A stretch of 61,469 nt of DNA, counting the filler, from Sluysia triapertura (lineage: Eukaryota), in NCBI GenBank assembly GCA_046118255.1. It is 5 parts of 5 records of this genome, joined end to end, with 100 filler letters (N's around TTAATTAATTAA, not from the genome) between each part and the next. Parts side by side here need not be neighbours in the genome. Positions count along the whole stretch, not along the records: positions 25,412 to 36,267 come from JBJNIA010192572.1; positions 36,368 to 50,286 come from JBJNIA010014866.1; 3 more parts are not named here. One strand, written 5' to 3'. The notes below the pieces were generated by a model. That model did no database searches. It was given only the letters and a program-made list of their open reading frames with translations, and was not told the DNA's origin. The first letter of the stretch is position 1. Each line of letters opens with the position of its first letter. Below are positions 25,500 through 40,425 of this stretch, one piece after another. Both the position numbers and the translations under genes were made by a program.

Positions 25500-26600
25500 T
25501 TTTTCTAACCTCTATATCCTGTACATACTGATCATTATCTTGCCTTGTTTAAAAAAGGTTACGAAATAGTCAAATAATTTATGAAGTTTTCGTCTTCACC
25601 TTATTGCTTTTCCCCCAACTATTTTTACTCTATGAAATTCCTGTAATACTCTCGCTTCTTCTGTTAAACTGACATTCGTTTTCTTCAAAATTCTCATAGA
25701 AACTATCATAGTTTTCTTATCTTTCCTGTTTATCGTAATAATTATTATTGAACCTACTGTCTTTATCGCTTCTCTTATCAAATATTATTTTTATCAGTGG
25801 TTGATATTCTTGAATTTCATCTAATTCTTGATTATAAGAATTAGATTTTAGATTGTAAGAAACTAGGTTTTAGTTTCTTACAGTTTCGCGCTTAGCGTCA
25901 ATATCTGCCGCAATTATGACAGATTGCTTCTATGTTTATCTGTACCTTATAGTTACTAGCTGCTTCATTGTAATTATTGTTTCTACCAGGACTTTTACTT
26001 CTATTTGTAAAATTAATATTTTACAAATAGGCCGTCTTTGCTTGAATTCTCGCGTACCAGTGCTTGGATTCTTTCGAATTCTTTTGTATTTCATCTTCTC
26101 GGATTATTGTAATTACCCATTACACCAAAATTGTTTGTTTCTTCTGTAATTACTTCCTCGAAAATTTTTTGTACTGGTATAATTATTGTCTGAAGGGTAA
26201 TAGTTTCCTCGAAAATTATCATCAGGAAATCATGATTCTCTTAAGTTATTTCTACATCGATTAACGTTACTAATTACGTAACTTATATTGTCTTTCTTCT
26301 ATATTACCTTTCTATACTTATTCATTTTTTAACTATTTCCTTAAAAGATTGGTTATCTATTAAATTTACATAAATTCTTAATTCTGGGCATAATCCGCTT
26401 TTAAATTTATCTATTAAAGTTGTTTATTTCCTATTTTCTAGGATTTTTGCTCTTTCCACTAAACTTTTAAGTGCGCAAGCGAATTCGTACACAGTTTCAA
26501 GTTGTTTTTGCTTTCTGATGCTTAACTTTTCCTATATCATCCAAAACAATTTATTTTCAACGTTTAACTGCTCTTCGTGTAATATAACTTTATTCAAGTT
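25500..26600 (-). mobile_element. Degenerate Ty3/Gypsy gag remnant
   Basis: Minus-strand translation RKQKQLETVYEFACALKSLVERA...LIDKFKSGL (retrotransposon gag motif), and a decayed CCHC knuckle CHNCGRY*R*ARNC at 25880-25921 with correct C-x2-C-x4-(H)-x4-C spacing. Confidence 0.72.
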
Positions 26601-29080
26601 TCGAAGAAAAATCTCAAATGAACAATTTTTTCGATAAAATACCAACAATGTATATAAATAATTTAACAATTAAGAAATGTTTAAATCAAATATCGACAGT
26701 ATCTATAAGCAGTTTAACTGTGAAATAATAATACCAATAATATATAAAATACAATAGCATTGTACCTAGAAAATGTATAGAAAATTTTACGTGTATTTTG
26801 TATGTCTCTTAAGAGAAATAGATCTTAAAACAATTAACTTACGAATAATTTTAAATCTTGCTACAGGAACGTATCGCTTGACTTGGAAATGAATTGACGT
26901 TAATGCAGTTTTTAGTGGGTTCATTTTTGCTTTTTATATTTAAAGACAAATAAAACAATGCCAAATTGAAATCGAATTTTAACAAGCTTAACTTTAAAAT
27001 ATTCAAATGATTAAGTATCGGCTATTTTAACTATTGAAAATACTAATGCACACAAATTGAGATAACAAAACATAAAGCATTTTATATTATAACAAACAAA
27101 AATTATATAAATAATATCATAAAACATATTAATTAAACCTCTATATTGTATAATGATAGTCACTGTTTCTCGAGTGCTATATATTGAATTACTATGATTC
27201 GATAAATCAAACAGAGTAATAGATAATAAGACATTCTTAGGACTATATATGACACTTTCTTTAATAATATTAGATCCTTTGATATCACTGAATTTTTGAC
27301 ATTTTTGTTAGACAGATGACCTTTCAAATCCGTTTATTTAAACTGGGTCCATTCAGTTTCATTTTTATGTAGTGCATCTTAGGCATTTTGATTTTATATC
27401 ATATTTTACGAGAATAATGAGAACATGAACCATTCTGAGTATATCTGCTGGATTAGTTATTCTGGGTGGTCTCAACTTTTCTAAAATGTGCGAAGAACTA
27501 TTTGCATAAGAAATTGGAGTAGTTCATATTAGAATATTTTCTAATCAATTATTGCTTAGAAATTATTGATAAGTTTTAAAATTTTAAGTTTAATTGAAGT
27601 CTTAGTATTTCTTTAATAATTATGGATTTTTTAATTAATTTTTATAATTATTAAAATTATTATTAAAAAAGGAATGATTCTTTCTGTTTCAGCAATATTA
27701 TAGTGAATGATTTATTTAATTGATTTGAGTACTTATTTTAAGAAGTGAAGTAAACTTGTTTTAAAATTTTATGAAATTTCTTAATAAAATTCCTTTTATT
27801 TCATAAGTGTTGTGATGAATGATTTTGAGAGTAATAATGAAATATAGTAATAGTAGAAGTAGCAGAAATATAAACATAATAAAAGTGATATGCTTTGTAT
27901 GTATTGAGTAGAGTATCGATGTGTTGCAGTTTGTTATTAATTTGTTTGTGTGACATGCGTTGATTTGTGATGAAATGTGTTTATGATTATGATGAGTTGA
28001 TTTAGAGACCACTACACAGTCAATAATTGAATCTCACAATAGCACCGAATTTTTAACCAACAAATGATTTTGTATTTTGTGACCAAACGAATTCCACAAC
28101 AAAAATTTACTTTTTTAGACCGAAAGAATACTCTTTAAATTCGAAATATCACAAACCAAAAATTATGCTTCAAATCTCACGATTTCTATAAAAAAAATTC
28201 CGAGTTTCTAAAAACTAACTACATTTTATATAATTTCTAGCCTTTAGCATATTGCTAAATTTTACAAATAATTAATTTTAATTTCTTGATAAAAATTCAA
28301 ATTATAAATAATTTGTAATCTATTTTTAGATACATATCCGAAATATTAGGCTTTCTAAACTAATACAAAATATGTAATTTAATTAAGATTTTAAGGATAG
28401 TCGAAAGTTCTATGTATTTTACATTGATTTTAATCTTTCCTTGGTACTTGACATGGAAATCTGAAGTTCCTTTCCTTTGAATTGTAGTCCAAATTAATCA
28501 CGATCCCAACGATGTAAAATGATTTTTCTTTGGACGTTTAAAAATCAGATGAATTTCTTATTTGTTAAATACCGCGAATCTATCTCGAAATTTGTTCGAG
28601 AATTTAAACCCCAACCTAAAAACTTTAATTTTTTTGTTGTGTTTGATTTTAAAATTTTGGTACTTTTTACTACTTTTCGGTATGTACAATTTGTCGATAA
28701 TTTTTTATTGAAATAAATCAAAAATAAACTTTTATAAAAAGAAAAAATTTTGTAAAAAATAAAACATTAAATTCAAATATAAAAAATATTTATACGTTAA
28801 TAAATCATTAATAAAATTTTATTAAATAAAACATTAAATTCTGTACATTAAATAAAACATTAAAACAGAATTTCTGTACATTAATAAAATAAAGCTTTTT
28901 ATTTTTATTATTATAATTATTTTTTTATTAACGTTATTTCGTAGTTTGTCATAATACATTCAAACCATAATTAAGTGGCGGTATTAGTATTAATATTTTA
29001 AAGGTATTTTAAAAATTGTTTGGCGAAATTTATATTTTAAATATTTTATTTAGTAATTTGATTACTATTTCATTTTTCAG

Positions 29081-29487
29081 ACGGATTTTTTGATGATTTT
29101 GCTAAAGGATATGTCTCTGACTTATCCGAAAATGAAAATCATTTTGATGAGTGCTACAGTCGATGTTGAACTATTTCAAAATTTCTTTCCAAATCTTTAT
29201 ACTGTAGAAGTAGAAGGCAGAACTCATCCAGTAAATTTTTATTTTTTAGAAGATATTATTGAAATGTTGGAATTTCAATATGATACTACAAGTACCAAAA
29301 AGAAGAAAAGTAAAAAGTCTACAGGCGATGATGATGAAGATGAAGAAAATGTTGTAATAATAGATGATTCTGGTGATATTAATTGTAATGCAATATGTGA
29401 CGCTACTTATAAACCACAAACCAAATTTACTATGAGCAAAATTCCTGAAAAAGAAATTTGTTTCGATCTTATCGAATCTATTTTACA
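29081..29487 (+). CDS. DHX9: DEAH-box RNA helicase A (DHX9/maleless), internal exon
   Basis: TTTTTCAG acceptor, then TDFLMILLKDM...ILMSATVD...VEGRTHPVNFYFLED and the DHX9-type acidic insert (GDDDEDEE...NCNAIC). Phase-2 GT donor at 29488. Confidence 0.9.
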
Positions 29488-31312
29488 GTATGTTTTATTT
29501 TCTTGATGTACTTGATTATTTATTGATTATTTTCTTAGATTTGCTAAAATTTCTAAATATTAGGTTTCGTTTTTATAGCTTAAACTTGAACACCAAGGAT
29601 AATCTAGAGGCATTTTTATTTTTGCTTAAAAATAGAAATAAGGCAAGAATACTTTATAATAATAACAATTATTTTACTATTTTTGAAGTTTATTAAATAG
29701 TGTTAAATTTATATTAATATTGTGAAGAAATTTTAAATGATTATTGTATGAAATAAAATTGTTATAAAATTCTGATTTAATTGTTACAAGATTGTTATAT
29801 ATCAATTTACTTAGTTCAAATAATGTCGTAACTTTATTAGGTCATTTTTAAAGACAAAATAATTAAAGTAAAATCTGAGACATGTATTATGCACAAAATT
29901 TATCCAATTAATAAAAAATTGTTTTATAAACAAAAATTATGTAACAATAAATGTTGATGCATGTTTCAATCCATACACTAGGAAGATACGTAAACACATG
30001 AACACAATAAAAATAAAGAATGGTAATCATCAAGATGTAATAGTAAATGCAAAGAATAATAATATACCTTCAAATAAATTTTTTTATTAAGTATATGGCG
30101 TAAAAGAGTGATGTACCGATCGTCGGTATTTGAAGAGGTTCATTGAACAAGCTTGCGATATATTGACTCATGAATACTGTTTATAAAATTTGTTGTAATT
30201 ACATATATATATCGATCAGGTAGAATTAATGATAAGACTTCATCTGATACACTGTTAGTATCTGATATTAAAGAATCTGACGAGTTGGATTCAACATTCA
30301 TAGTCCAAGATTCTTTTAGAAATATTATTAGGCTAATAATGATATTGTCGTTTGCAGCATTAACTTTAGTTTATTCATCTACATCATGTCTACAATTATT
30401 TGTCCGAACTAATTCATATTTATTTGAATGACCTTTAGCTAAGATATCTTTTATTGCATTAATTCTTAGAAAAATAGTCTAAATCTTTTTTTAATTCAAA
30501 TGAAACAGATAAACAATTCTTTAAATCATAAGAAATCGCTACATAACTAATACTAGACAATTCATTAACTGTAATTAGCATATTATTCATTTCTTTAAAT
30601 GTATTAAGTATATGATTGAGTTAAAATGATCTTTTGAATACGTTCATGACTAGCTCATTGTTCGGTTTGATTAATAAAGTGTGACATTAATTTTTAAAAT
30701 ATTTATCTAAATTCGATTAATAGAAATATAGTCAGTTGCCATTGTTTATTTTAGTACAATTTTTAATTTACTGAACGAGTACGATGATTGCCAAAAATTT
30801 TTGAAGAATACCAATAGTTTTTGATTAACATTGAATTGTATTGTATAAACTGTGATTGCCTAAATTGAGCCAATTATAAATTGTAACAAAAATGTCGCAT
30901 CAATTTTTATGGCCAATGAAAAGCAACTAATTTCGTTGTCAACACAAATCTCACATCGTCACTCAATGAAGCAAAACTGTCAGATGATGACAGTTATAAT
31001 TAGATTTTGACGTTGCCAGGGTCAGTTTGTAATTAAAACTGTCACATTTGAAAATTAAAGTGATGAATGTGATTAATAGCAATGTGAACAACAATTAATA
31101 ATGGCAACAATGAAAATGATAATAATTAATAATGATAATAATGATTATAAATATTAATAATAATAATAAAAATGCAATAATAATAATGTATCACTTTCAT
31201 ATTCTTTTTTCTAAAACTTTATTCAGAATAGTAATAAAGTTTATAGTTATAAAGTTTAATTCGCAAATGTTTTTTTGATTGTTCTAACTCAGATTTTAAA
31301 TATTAATTTTAG

Positions 31313-32817
31313 ATATATTGATTCAATGAGTTCTGACGGTGCAGTTCTTATATTTTTACCAGGATGGAATATAATTCAAATGTTATTAAAACAATTGTCA
31401 CGACACCCGGTTTATGGTAGTTATAGGTATCGATTGTTGGCATTACATTCTCAAGTAAGTAGAGATGATCAACGTCGAGTTTTTCAGCAAGTACCACCAG
31501 GAGTTCGAAAAATTATTTTATCAACTAATATTGCTGAAAGTAGTGTTACTATTAATGATGTTATGTTTGTCATTGACTCATGTCGCGCTAAAATTAAAAT
31601 GTTCACATCTCGAAATAATATGACAAGTTATAATACAGTTTGGGCTTCTCGTACTAATTTAGAACAACGACGTGGTCGCGCAGGTCGCGTACGTGAAGGT
31701 TTTGCATTTCATTTATGTAGTCGTGCTCGGTTTGACCTTTTAGAAGTTCATCAGACACCGGAATTGTTACGCACAGCTCTTCACGAGATTGCTCTTATGA
31801 TTAAATTATTGCGATTAGGTTGTTGTCGGGAATTTTTAGCTAAAGCTATTCAACAACCTCCTATTGATGCAATTATAGAAGCAGAATTTCTTTTAAAAGA
31901 AATGAAGGCTTTAGATCAAAATGATGAATTAACACCTTTAGGAAGAATTTTAGCAAGACTACCAATTGAACCCAGAATGGGTAAAATGTTAATATTTGGT
32001 GCGGCGTTTGGTGTCGGATATTCATGTGCGCTGATTTCGGCTTGTACTTCTTTAGGAGAACCTTTTAATATTCCACCAGATCGTAAACGACTTTCCAGGC
32101 AACAAGTTAGCTTGGCATGTGGTAAGAATTCTGATCATGTAGCCATTTTAAACGCGTTTCAAAAATGGCAACACATTAAACAGCGTGGAACGCAAGCCGA
32201 AGAAGAATTTTGTGAGGAACGTGGCTTGTCATTATCTTTATTAAAAATGACTCACGAAGCAGCTCAACAAGTTTCGTCTATTCTCATTGATTCAGGATTT
32301 CCTGAAGAGGTTATGTACTCAAATAATATCGATTTCTTTAACGAGTCGTCACAATTGAATGTGTTACTTACTTTATTAGTACTTGGTCTTTATCCTAATG
32401 TTTGTTATCACAAAGAAAAACGGAAAGTTTTTACTACGGAAGGCAAAGCAGCACTTGTGCATAAATCTTCGGTTAATTGTACTAATTATGCAACAAATTT
32501 TCCGATGCCATTTTTTGTTTTCGGCGAAAAAGTTGGTTTTTTAATTATAATTAATGAATAATTTATGTCAGATTCGTACTCGTGCGATTTCATGTAAACA
32601 AATGTCAATGGTAAATCCACTTCAGTTATTAATATTTGGATGTAGAAAAGTAAATTATAAGAATAACTTAATTGTGCTTGATGACTGGCTTTGTCTGGAC
32701 ATGGATTTTGAAACTGCTGTTCAAATTCTAGCTTTACGACCTGCTCTTGAAGGTTTGTTAGTAAAAGTGTGTCTTAATCCCGAATTATCAATCATGCCAG
32801 ACGCTGATGATAAACAG
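31313..32817 (+). CDS. DHX9: DHX9 exons 31313-32531 and 32572-32817 (helicase C, HA2, OB-fold)
   Basis: GAVLIFLPGW, LHSQ, KIILSTNIAESSVTIND, QRRGRAGRVREG, LTPLGRILARLPIEPRMG, LYPNVCYHKEKRKV, HKSSVN and FFVFGEK|IRTRAIS, joined across a 40-bp GT-AG intron. The phase matches the 29487 donor. Confidence 0.94.
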
Positions 32818-32909
32818 GTTAGAGTACTAATTTTTTAAATAACTTAGATACATTGTGATTGATTTTGGATACTTTTTAAACCGAAAAATTCCAATTTCTT
32901 ATATACTTT

Positions 32910-33030
32910 TTATTTCTGGGCTTCTGTACGTATTTTTGAATATATAATAATTCTTACACAATTACGTTATTCTTTATTTCTGGGTTTCTATACGTATTTT
33001 TGAATATATAATAATAATTACGTAATTCTT
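32910..33030. repeat. ~64-bp tandem duplication
   Basis: TATTTCTGGG.TTCT.TACGTATTTTTGAATATATAATAAT occurs twice in tandem. Confidence 0.8.
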
Positions 33031-34646
33031 GGCGTGGTGCAAGAAATCTTGAAGAAATCTCAGATTATTAATCTATTCCATAAATTTTATAATTCATTCA
33101 ATTTATTTTATTTTTTCAAATATTAAATAATTGTTAAAGCTTTACCAGTGATGAGCTAATCTAGTCATCACTCAAACTTACATGACGTTTAAAGACTGAC
33201 CTTACTGTATTTATATCTAGATAATTCTCACCAATATTTAAATAACTGTCTCTTACTGTTTCAGACTTTGCCAATGCTTAACAAAAGATCGACTCTCAGC
33301 ACTTGATTTTATCTTCGATCCCATAGATGAAAATAACTTAACATGTCATTTGCGTTGGAAAATTAGAATAGGCATAACTTACATGAAAATTCCTCAATAG
33401 TCTAGAACTTACTCTTATTATCTTGATAAGTAATGAGCACTTAAGTAAGTATAACTGTGTAGAGTTTTTAAGTATACAGTTATAAGTATCTTTAAGTTCT
33501 TTAAATTTAGCATATACATCAGAGCATGACATGTCTAGTGAATTTAGCAGTTCAATTTTTTGAGTCTGAGTTTGATGGAAGCTTAAATAATTCGAAATAA
33601 TTAACACTATTCATTTCGCTCCTGAAAATGTATTTTATTTTTAGCTTACTCTATATGTACATATTCACATGTTTGATTCAAATTTTCTTTAGCTCCATGT
33701 ATTTCGATTTATTACAATTTGTTTCGCATTCTAAATTTTTTTATTTTAAGTCTCAATTTTTTATTTTCTAATTTTATTTTTTATGAAAATTTAAAAGCCG
33801 GCTTAGGGCCTGGCAATACTAAGCAATAAGAATTTAAATGGTCAATTACTTCAACAATAAAAAGAATAAACCAATAAGAATAAATTTAAAAAACAGAAAA
33901 TAATAAATGTTATGCTAACGCTCTCATATCCACGAATAGCGTCCTTTGCACTCGTAATCAAATTAGTGAGAATAAAAACGTGTTATACTGATTAAATTGA
34001 AGAACGTAGAAATTACGAAACATTTAATCTGTTATACTTTCTCATGATAAATATAGAAGTGCAAATTTTGATAGTTAATTTTAATTAAAATCTTTAAGTC
34101 TCTATACTCGGAAAATATTAATAATAACACTAACATTTATTATGGAAGGTATTTCAATAGTTAACAAGGTAATGATAACTATTGATAAGGGATTTTAAAT
34201 AGTTTAGTATTAAGAAATTTGATTTTCGAATTTAGTTATACTTAATGGTTAAGTTCGATAATTCTGCTGCGTTTTTTTATCTTAACAAAATTTTAAACTT
34301 GGGTCTATCTGTAGATAAAGTCTTAGGTTCATCTATAGGATTTGGTAAAATATAATAAGGCTAAATAATTGCTGACAGTTTATGTTACGCGTTTTTACTT
34401 GTGCACTATTAAATAAAAACAATTAAAACGATTAAATTAATATTTGGATCACATGAAATAACAAAAAGAAATATAACAATGTACTAAATGCACGTAATAT
34501 TGATATGAAGTTTATAAAAAATAATAAGTATTTATTGAATTATTTTTATATGTTGATCTATTTTATCAGTACCTTTAAAGTACTTAAGATTTTAAGTCGC
34601 ATTTTCGTACTTGACGCAAACAAGTGAAATCCAATATATACTATCA

Positions 34647-34950
34647 AAATTACTAATAATAATAACTCAGCTGTCACGGACACCGTGGATGATTTGGAAA
34701 TGTTTAACTAGAACATTGTGAAGTTAATAAATAGATTATTTATTGGTAACACCGTGTAAGAAGGAAGGCCTATTCGTCTTTAAATAATTTGTGAGTGATT
34801 TTTATATCTTTATTTTATTGTCCATTAAACTTAGAGTTACTCTTGAAAATTTTTTATTACTCAAAAATATTCAACTTTAATAATTTTCAAAATACTCAAT
34901 TATTTTGCAGTAATTTCAGCCGTGACAGCTGTTTTTAGTAATTTTTTTAA
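34647..34950. mobile_element. MITE-like inverted-repeat element
   Basis: CAGCTGTCACGG (~34668) and CCGTGACAGCTG (~34920) are perfect inverted 12-mers. The outer AAAATTACTAA / TTAGTAATTTT sequences are also complementary. Confidence 0.45.
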
Positions 34951-36196
34951 TTAATTTAATTAGTTACAATAATGTTATCAAACATTAATATTAAATAAAA
35001 TATCGTTATTAAATGAAATTTAACGTATCGTTAAATTAATTTGAACTCCACGTTTTTTGCCAGATTAATTAATAGTAATTTTTGGATAATAATTTACATA
35101 GTAATTGAAAGTATTATGAATTTTTTAATAACATGGTAAGTAATATTGATAATCGTTAAACGAGGTAAAAAATACTATATAGGAAGCACTATTTCAAAAT
35201 TGTATACCATGTTATTGGATTGAAGATATTTCATTATTGCAAGATCTGGAATAACTTAAATAATAATAATATCAATAATAATAATAATAATATAATACTA
35301 ATAATAAAATAATTATATTTATAATAATATATCATAACTAAACTATCTTATATAAAAAATAATATAAAACAATTAAATAATAAACCTGTTATTTCCAGAT
35401 TGTTATTGATTGATAATCTAAAATAAGTAATTATTATTATATGACATATTAATTGGTATAAAGAAATTGAATTGGTATAAAAGCGTAAATTTTATTACTA
35501 AGACGCACAAAAAAATAATTACAAAAAGGGAACGGACCTTTCCAGAAGTCTTATATATGAGTTAATTAGCTACCAATATTCTAAATTACGATTTGGGAAA
35601 GCACTGCTTGTCAAAAGGTTAAGAAAAAGTTGAAACATAGTTTATAGCTGATCACTAATTAAAGACGGAAATTTATTCTATTGTTGATTGTCACTTAGTT
35701 CAATGTTGGAATGATTGAATTATACAGTTGATGCAGAAAAAAATTATAATTTATAAAGGATATAATTTATCTTCGAACTTTTTATTACACGGAAATTCTG
35801 TTAAAGAAATTTATTGGAAAGTTGATTGTTATTAAGGTCTTCTCTGTTAAAAGAAAAATAATATACACTTAAAATAATGTTCACAGCTGGTTTTCGCTAG
35901 TTAGAAAATATTTTTTAATATTTCAAAATCGCTTATAAAAAGTTTGCTCAAAATAATATTATCATTTTATTGTAATTGTAATTTTTATTGTACAAACTCT
36001 CATTTGTATATTGTTTTATTCAATTTTCATATATACCTTCAGTAGTTCACATTTATTTTAATGTTTAGAAGAAAGAGATTATAATAATTAAATCATAATA
36101 GTAGTTAAATTGTATTAAAACTAAAATAAAAGTGAAAGCGTTAAAAGAATCCAAACATTAGAAATTTTATATTAGTTTGAATTAAAGAAAATAAAC

Positions 36197-36267
<71 letters not shown>
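36197..36267. repeat. (TAT)n microsatellite at a contig end
   Basis: Perfect trinucleotide run into the gap. Similar (ATT)n tracts at ~1420-1460 and ~49479-49525, (TA)n at ~8284-8306 and (AGT)n at ~37383-37420. Confidence 0.95.
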
Positions 36268-36367
36268 NNNNNNNNNNNNNNNNNNNNNNNNNNNNNNNNN
36301 NNNNNNNNNNNTTAATTAATTAANNNNNNNNNNNNNNNNNNNNNNNNNNNNNNNNNNNNNNNNNNNN
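36268..36367. other. Assembly gap linker
   Basis: 44 N + TTAATTAATTAA + 44 N. Confidence 0.97.
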
Positions 36368-37388
36368 ACAATTATCTGGAGATAATGAGTTTTGTGAAGA
36401 ACAAACTCATATCTCTTTGAAAGAACTTAATCAAAATTTAATATTTTTAATTTTAATAGCAATTTAATTTTAATAGCAATTTAGAGATAAAAATTTAATA
36501 GCAATGATTTTATCTCTAAAATTTTTTAAAGATTTTAAACACTCTATAAGATTACTCGAAGATCTTAGCTGACTATCGATGTTTGAAGAATGCTTAAAGG
36601 TTAATGAAGTCTCAGATGATCTCAAAGTTCACAAGTTCAAGGGTATTCTAATGCCTTTATAGGTTTTTCAAGTCCATTTCAAACTTTTATAAAGTCTCAC
36701 ACCCTTATATAGGTCTTTGGAATTCCAATGTATTCTTTAATTCTTCCTACATTTATAATTTCATGAGTTTCGCACCCACATTCTGTCCCACAGTTGGGTA
36801 ATCCCAACAAATACACAATCTTAGAAGTTTTCAAATCAGAATGAAGTGATTTTAATTTATGTGATGGTTAATATCAAAAAACTCCTTTGTATGACTTAAA
36901 TCTATTTAAAACTTTAGTTATTTTTATGTACAAATTGTATTCAAAATTTCTTAAACGAATTAAACTTTTAAACACTAATGAATTACGAAACAAAACAGGC
37001 TTAATGCCTTTGAAAACAAAAATTAATTTTGAAAACATGAAAGCAACATAATTTAATAACTTTTTATTATAAAACAAGATAAAGATTAAAAGCATAAAAA
37101 ACATACATCACTGTGTCTAATAATTCAGAAAGTATACCATTTGATAGCAGCTCCATTGATAAGTGTTTTTGTACATTCAGCTTTGTAATTATTTTGAATA
37201 ATATCATAAAAATACCGTCAAAAAAGATTGTTCCAAAAACATTTTTACATAATTTTTTAACATCGATATTTTGCAAATTTTTACGTAGTAATTAATTAAT
37301 TTAAATTTTTATATTTATTTGCTTTATACGATGGTGAAATTGCCGAAAAGCAGTATTAGTTGTAATAGTAGTGGTGGTGGTTGTAGTA

Positions 37389-37421
<33 letters not shown>

Positions 37422-39811
37422 AATTGTGTTATCACATTCTACATGAATAAAATTTCTGTATGTTTTGTATCTCAGTATTTTCATCTATTATTTAACTTTC
37501 ACCAGAATTTCTTCCGAGAAAGTAGTTAGCTTTCAACATTTTAGAACAATGTTTTTATACACTTGTATTCATACACTTTTGATTAATAGTTTCATAATAT
37601 TCTTGAAAATATTAAATTTTATTACAAACAAGGCGTTCATGTTGAGGATTAGTTGATAAATCCGTATTTTCACTACTATTACAACCAACTGTGATTTAAG
37701 CTAATTATTTTAGCTCATGCCCCTACATAGAGCAGTTTTATCACTTTTAATTGGATTCAATAAAGTTTTGTAGTCTGTCTTAGATAGATAAATCTCGATT
37801 CATATGTAAATTTAGTTTGAGTAATAAAATTTAAAATATAAAATATAACACATAACATACAAAAAATGCAGACATACATACATTTTTATACATACACATG
37901 CATACAAACAAGAAAAATGAGAAAGATAAGATGATATAACGAAGTTATAATAATAATAATAATTAAAAAATGAAATGACTGTTATGATAACAATAAATAT
38001 AACTAATGATAATTATGTACTATGTTTGTTTTTGAATAAGTCGAGTAGTTTATTTATTGTTCTGTTTATGTAATGAATGTGTTCGTATGTGATGAAGTTC
38101 GTTTGTAATTTTGATGTAATTCCTTACAACTCCAAATAACTTTTCTTGCTAAAAGTGGTGCGACTGTGCAATGAATTTTCACTGAGAATAAGCTTTCCCC
38201 TTTTCGTGGAAAGCTTATAAAACTAAATTTTTTGTTTTATATTTTTAGTCGCCGAAATAATTTGTAGAAGCAGGACTCGATTTGTTCGCCACATTCGTTG
38301 TTACTGTTGTGGTTCAACTTATTTACTTCAAATTTTATTTAATACAAACACAAAACCAACTTAACAAACTTTAAAACATCTAAATACTTCGACATATAAA
38401 ACCGTTAAACTTTAAAATAACTATTAAATAATGAAATTTCGAACTTTGCTAAACCTTTTTAATGCGAATTTCAAGAACATCTACTAAAATTGGAAATCTT
38501 TTATCAATTAACCCTTCTTTCAGTGTCTCTAACCAAAGATTCTGCATTAATAAACTTCGTATTTTCAGAAACATTCATAATTCTGCAACTATGAATGTAG
38601 TATGAACTCCTATAACTACAACATTTTCTGTAATATACATTAAAGGTGTCACAAAATAAAGAAATAACCTCAGAAGAACTATCGGAATTGAATTAATTAA
38701 TGTTTTTATGTAGTTATATTAATATATTAAATTTAGTTATTCAACAAAATGAGAAAATAATTGACGAAATATTTGACGGTATTTTTGTAGAAGAATCACC
38801 AAATACCTCATAACCTCATTTTAAACTCAAGTAAAGTACTTTTTTATCCTTTCTGTCAAACACTAAAGCTTAAACCAAAAAATCATAAAACTTCGATCAA
38901 TTTAAATTATTATTTTATTAATTAGTTTTATAAATTTCTCACTGCTAGTTATTTTATTGTCATTATTATTATATGCTACATCGAATTCATATAATGAAAA
39001 TTGTCGATTGTTTGTTGAAGAATAAATCGAATTAAATAGTTTTTGAAAATCGTTATAAAATCGTCAAAAAGTGCAGCCGTTTTAAAATAATATTCATTAA
39101 TGATGAAGGGATGGAATGAAACGTGTTCGAATCTTAAAAATGATATTAAAAAGCAATATTTGATACTAAATTGAAGAAAATCTTTCTGGGATATCAAATT
39201 AATTGAGTTGGATTACAATGACTATCTAAAAAATCCGAGAACAAAAGCTTCTTTCGGATACTCAGAAGAATTGCCAATAACAAGTAGCAGTTCGAAATTA
39301 AATACTCCTTTATATTTAAAAGATATTGTGGTCGAAGAATGTAATATCAAAAATGAAGATGCCACAGTAAAATTGTGTCTGGATACTGAGAGGAAGAATA
39401 ATAATTAAAAATAATGTTAATTTTATTAGTTTGTTGTCGAGTTTTGATAGGAAATATAATAAATGTGTTCTCTATTAGTTGTTTTATAATAATTTGGATC
39501 AGCAACATCTATAATATAATAATAATAATAAAAATAAAAATAAATAATAATAACAGTAATTATAATAATTATAATTATAAAAAATTCATTAAAAAACAAA
39601 TAATCTTGCTGATGTAATGATTTAATGTTATGCTCTTAAAGAATTAAGAATGTTATGCTCTTAAAGACATAAAGAATTAGATCGACTACCTTATCATTAC
39701 CATTATATTATGAAAGATCTAAATTTTTGATTAAAGATCCGTGGGATGGCCCTAATGATCTTATCATTATTATTATCCTTGACATTGTATATACATATTC
39801 CTTGGTTAGAG

Positions 39812-40425
39812 CAAAGGTGCGCAAACTAGGGGGCGATCCCTCAGATGGGGCGCTAAAAATTTTAAAATTGTTGGATTTTACAAAGTTTTGTTTTTTCTTT
39901 GAATATTTTTTGCTGTTTTTCACCAATTCAAGTAATTTCATCATCTAATTCCATAATTTACGTTATTGATGTAGAACAATCATCAATAATAAAACTTCAA
40001 AGCAAACATACTTACAAATTCATAAATCAATTATACATGTGCACTGGAGATGTTATGATATTTGGTATTCTGCTATTTTTTAGCTGTTAATTAAAAATAA
40101 CATTAGCAGACACTGCTACCACAGTCGTGAAATGGCAGCTATTAAATAACAGGGACATTGCATTTTTGATATAAAGAATTAAAATTTAATTTTGTTAATT
40201 TTTCTTTATTTTTGATAAAGGATTAAAACTGCTGTTTTTATAATATTTAATTTACAAGAGACAGAAAAATTGTAATAAAATTTTAATAAAATTTTGTTAT
40301 TAAAAAGGTGTTTATTTTATTTATTAAGTTTTTTTATAGTGGCGTTATGATTTTTTATTAAGTTTGGACGTCAAAAATAAATATGTTGAAATTGGAGCGC
40401 CACTTAAAAAATTTGCGCACGGCTG
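39812..40425. mobile_element. Non-autonomous hAT (Buster/Charlie-like) element
   Basis: Imperfect TIRs CAAAGGTGCGCAAACT / AATTTGCGCACGGCTG. The flanking 8-mers GGTTAGAG / AGCTATAG (5/8 identical, central TA) fit a decayed hAT target-site duplication. Confidence 0.62.

Noticed and set aside
38188-38218. 11-bp perfect hairpin (also a 14-bp inverted repeat at ~36481-36520)
   Set aside because: Isolated short inverted repeats in AT-rich DNA, with no context supporting a function.
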